Source: Promethearchaeia archaeon
Lineage (GTDB): Archaea; Asgardarchaeota; Lokiarchaeia; Sigyniarchaeales; SOKP01
Assembly (NCBI GenBank): GCA_029856145.1
Contig: JAHQWK010000027.1
Coordinates: 1 to 16,375, forward strand
Direction of reading: 5' to 3'
DNA: 16,375 nucleotides
The stretch's first letter is position 1. Every line of letters begins with the position of its first letter. A model generated the notes under the pieces. The model did no database searches. It was not told the origin of the DNA and worked only from the letters and a program-made list of their open reading frames with translations. The position numbers and the translations under genes are program-made. This document shows, piece after piece, positions 16,030-16,375 of this stretch.

Positions 16030-16375
16030 TTGGTAAGACCCCCGACAGAGAAAAATATTTGTCTTCGATGTAAGGGAGCACGCTTATTATGTGGTAAAAA
16101 AACATGCCCAATTCTATTAAAAAAGTCTGTAATGAAATCATTAGTCCCCTTTGAATTAGATAAAACGAGAAGAGATGTAGAAATATTTGGAGCTAGTCCA
16201 CCTGGATTTTTCGTTGGTCATTTTAACTATCCAAATCTATATCTAGGACCATTAATACCATTTCAAGAATTTGAAACTGGACTTGATATATCTGATTACC
16301 ATATTTTGGATGCTCCCGAACTATGGTTTGGAAAAAAAATGGTTGATGTTATTCGTTATAGAAGCAGTTTAGTGA
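16030..16375 (+). CDS. nreA: Archaeal Nre-family DNA repair protein (3' truncated by window edge; not in the ORF track)
   Basis: From TTG 16030: MVRPPTEKNICLRCKGARLLCGKKTCPIL...GASPPGFFVGHFNYPNLYLGPL...DAPELWFG...RYRSSLV. It has the CxxCKG..LCG...CP cysteine motif and the SPPxxFVG..YP.GP motif of Nre proteins. Confidence 0.88.
   Translation, partial: MVRPPTEKNICLRCKGARLLCGKKTCPILLKKSVMKSLVPFELDKTRRDVEIFGASPPGFFVGHFNYPNLYLGPLIPFQEFETGLDISDYHILDAPELWFGKKMVDVIRYRSSLV

Noticed and set aside
1-16375. CRISPR array, tRNA/rRNA, transposase or integrase
   Set aside because: I saw no regularly spaced repeats, GC-rich structured RNA segments or mobile-element ORFs.

Overview
AT-rich archaeal window, most likely from an Asgard archaeon (inferred from two Ras/Rab-like small GTPases, archaeal-type MoaA and Nre, and GGTG-type ribosome-binding motifs). 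From 5' to 3' it holds: a compact molybdopterin (Mo/W cofactor) operon, moaC(partial)-moaA-moaD-moaE-moeA-moaB-moeA; a 32-codon remnant of a family-4 glycoside hydrolase; a MoxR-type AAA+ ATPase with a VWA gene; a Rab-like GTPase converging on a gamma-carbonic-anhydrase-family gene; a second, atypical small GTPase followed by a 741-aa Zn-finger/TPR/longin-like protein; an unannotated 2x[4Fe-4S] gene remnant; a minus-strand block (ABC exporter ATPase, permease, cupin, flavodiiron protein); and the 5' part of an unannotated Nre DNA-repair gene. The best novel candidate is a -1 programmed frameshift (G_GAT_TTT, 6300-6306) that would fuse the MoxR ATPase to the VWA protein through an acidic linker. 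The second is a GTPase + TPR-longin module that may be a GTPase/regulator pair. All family assignments come from motifs read by eye; no searches were run.
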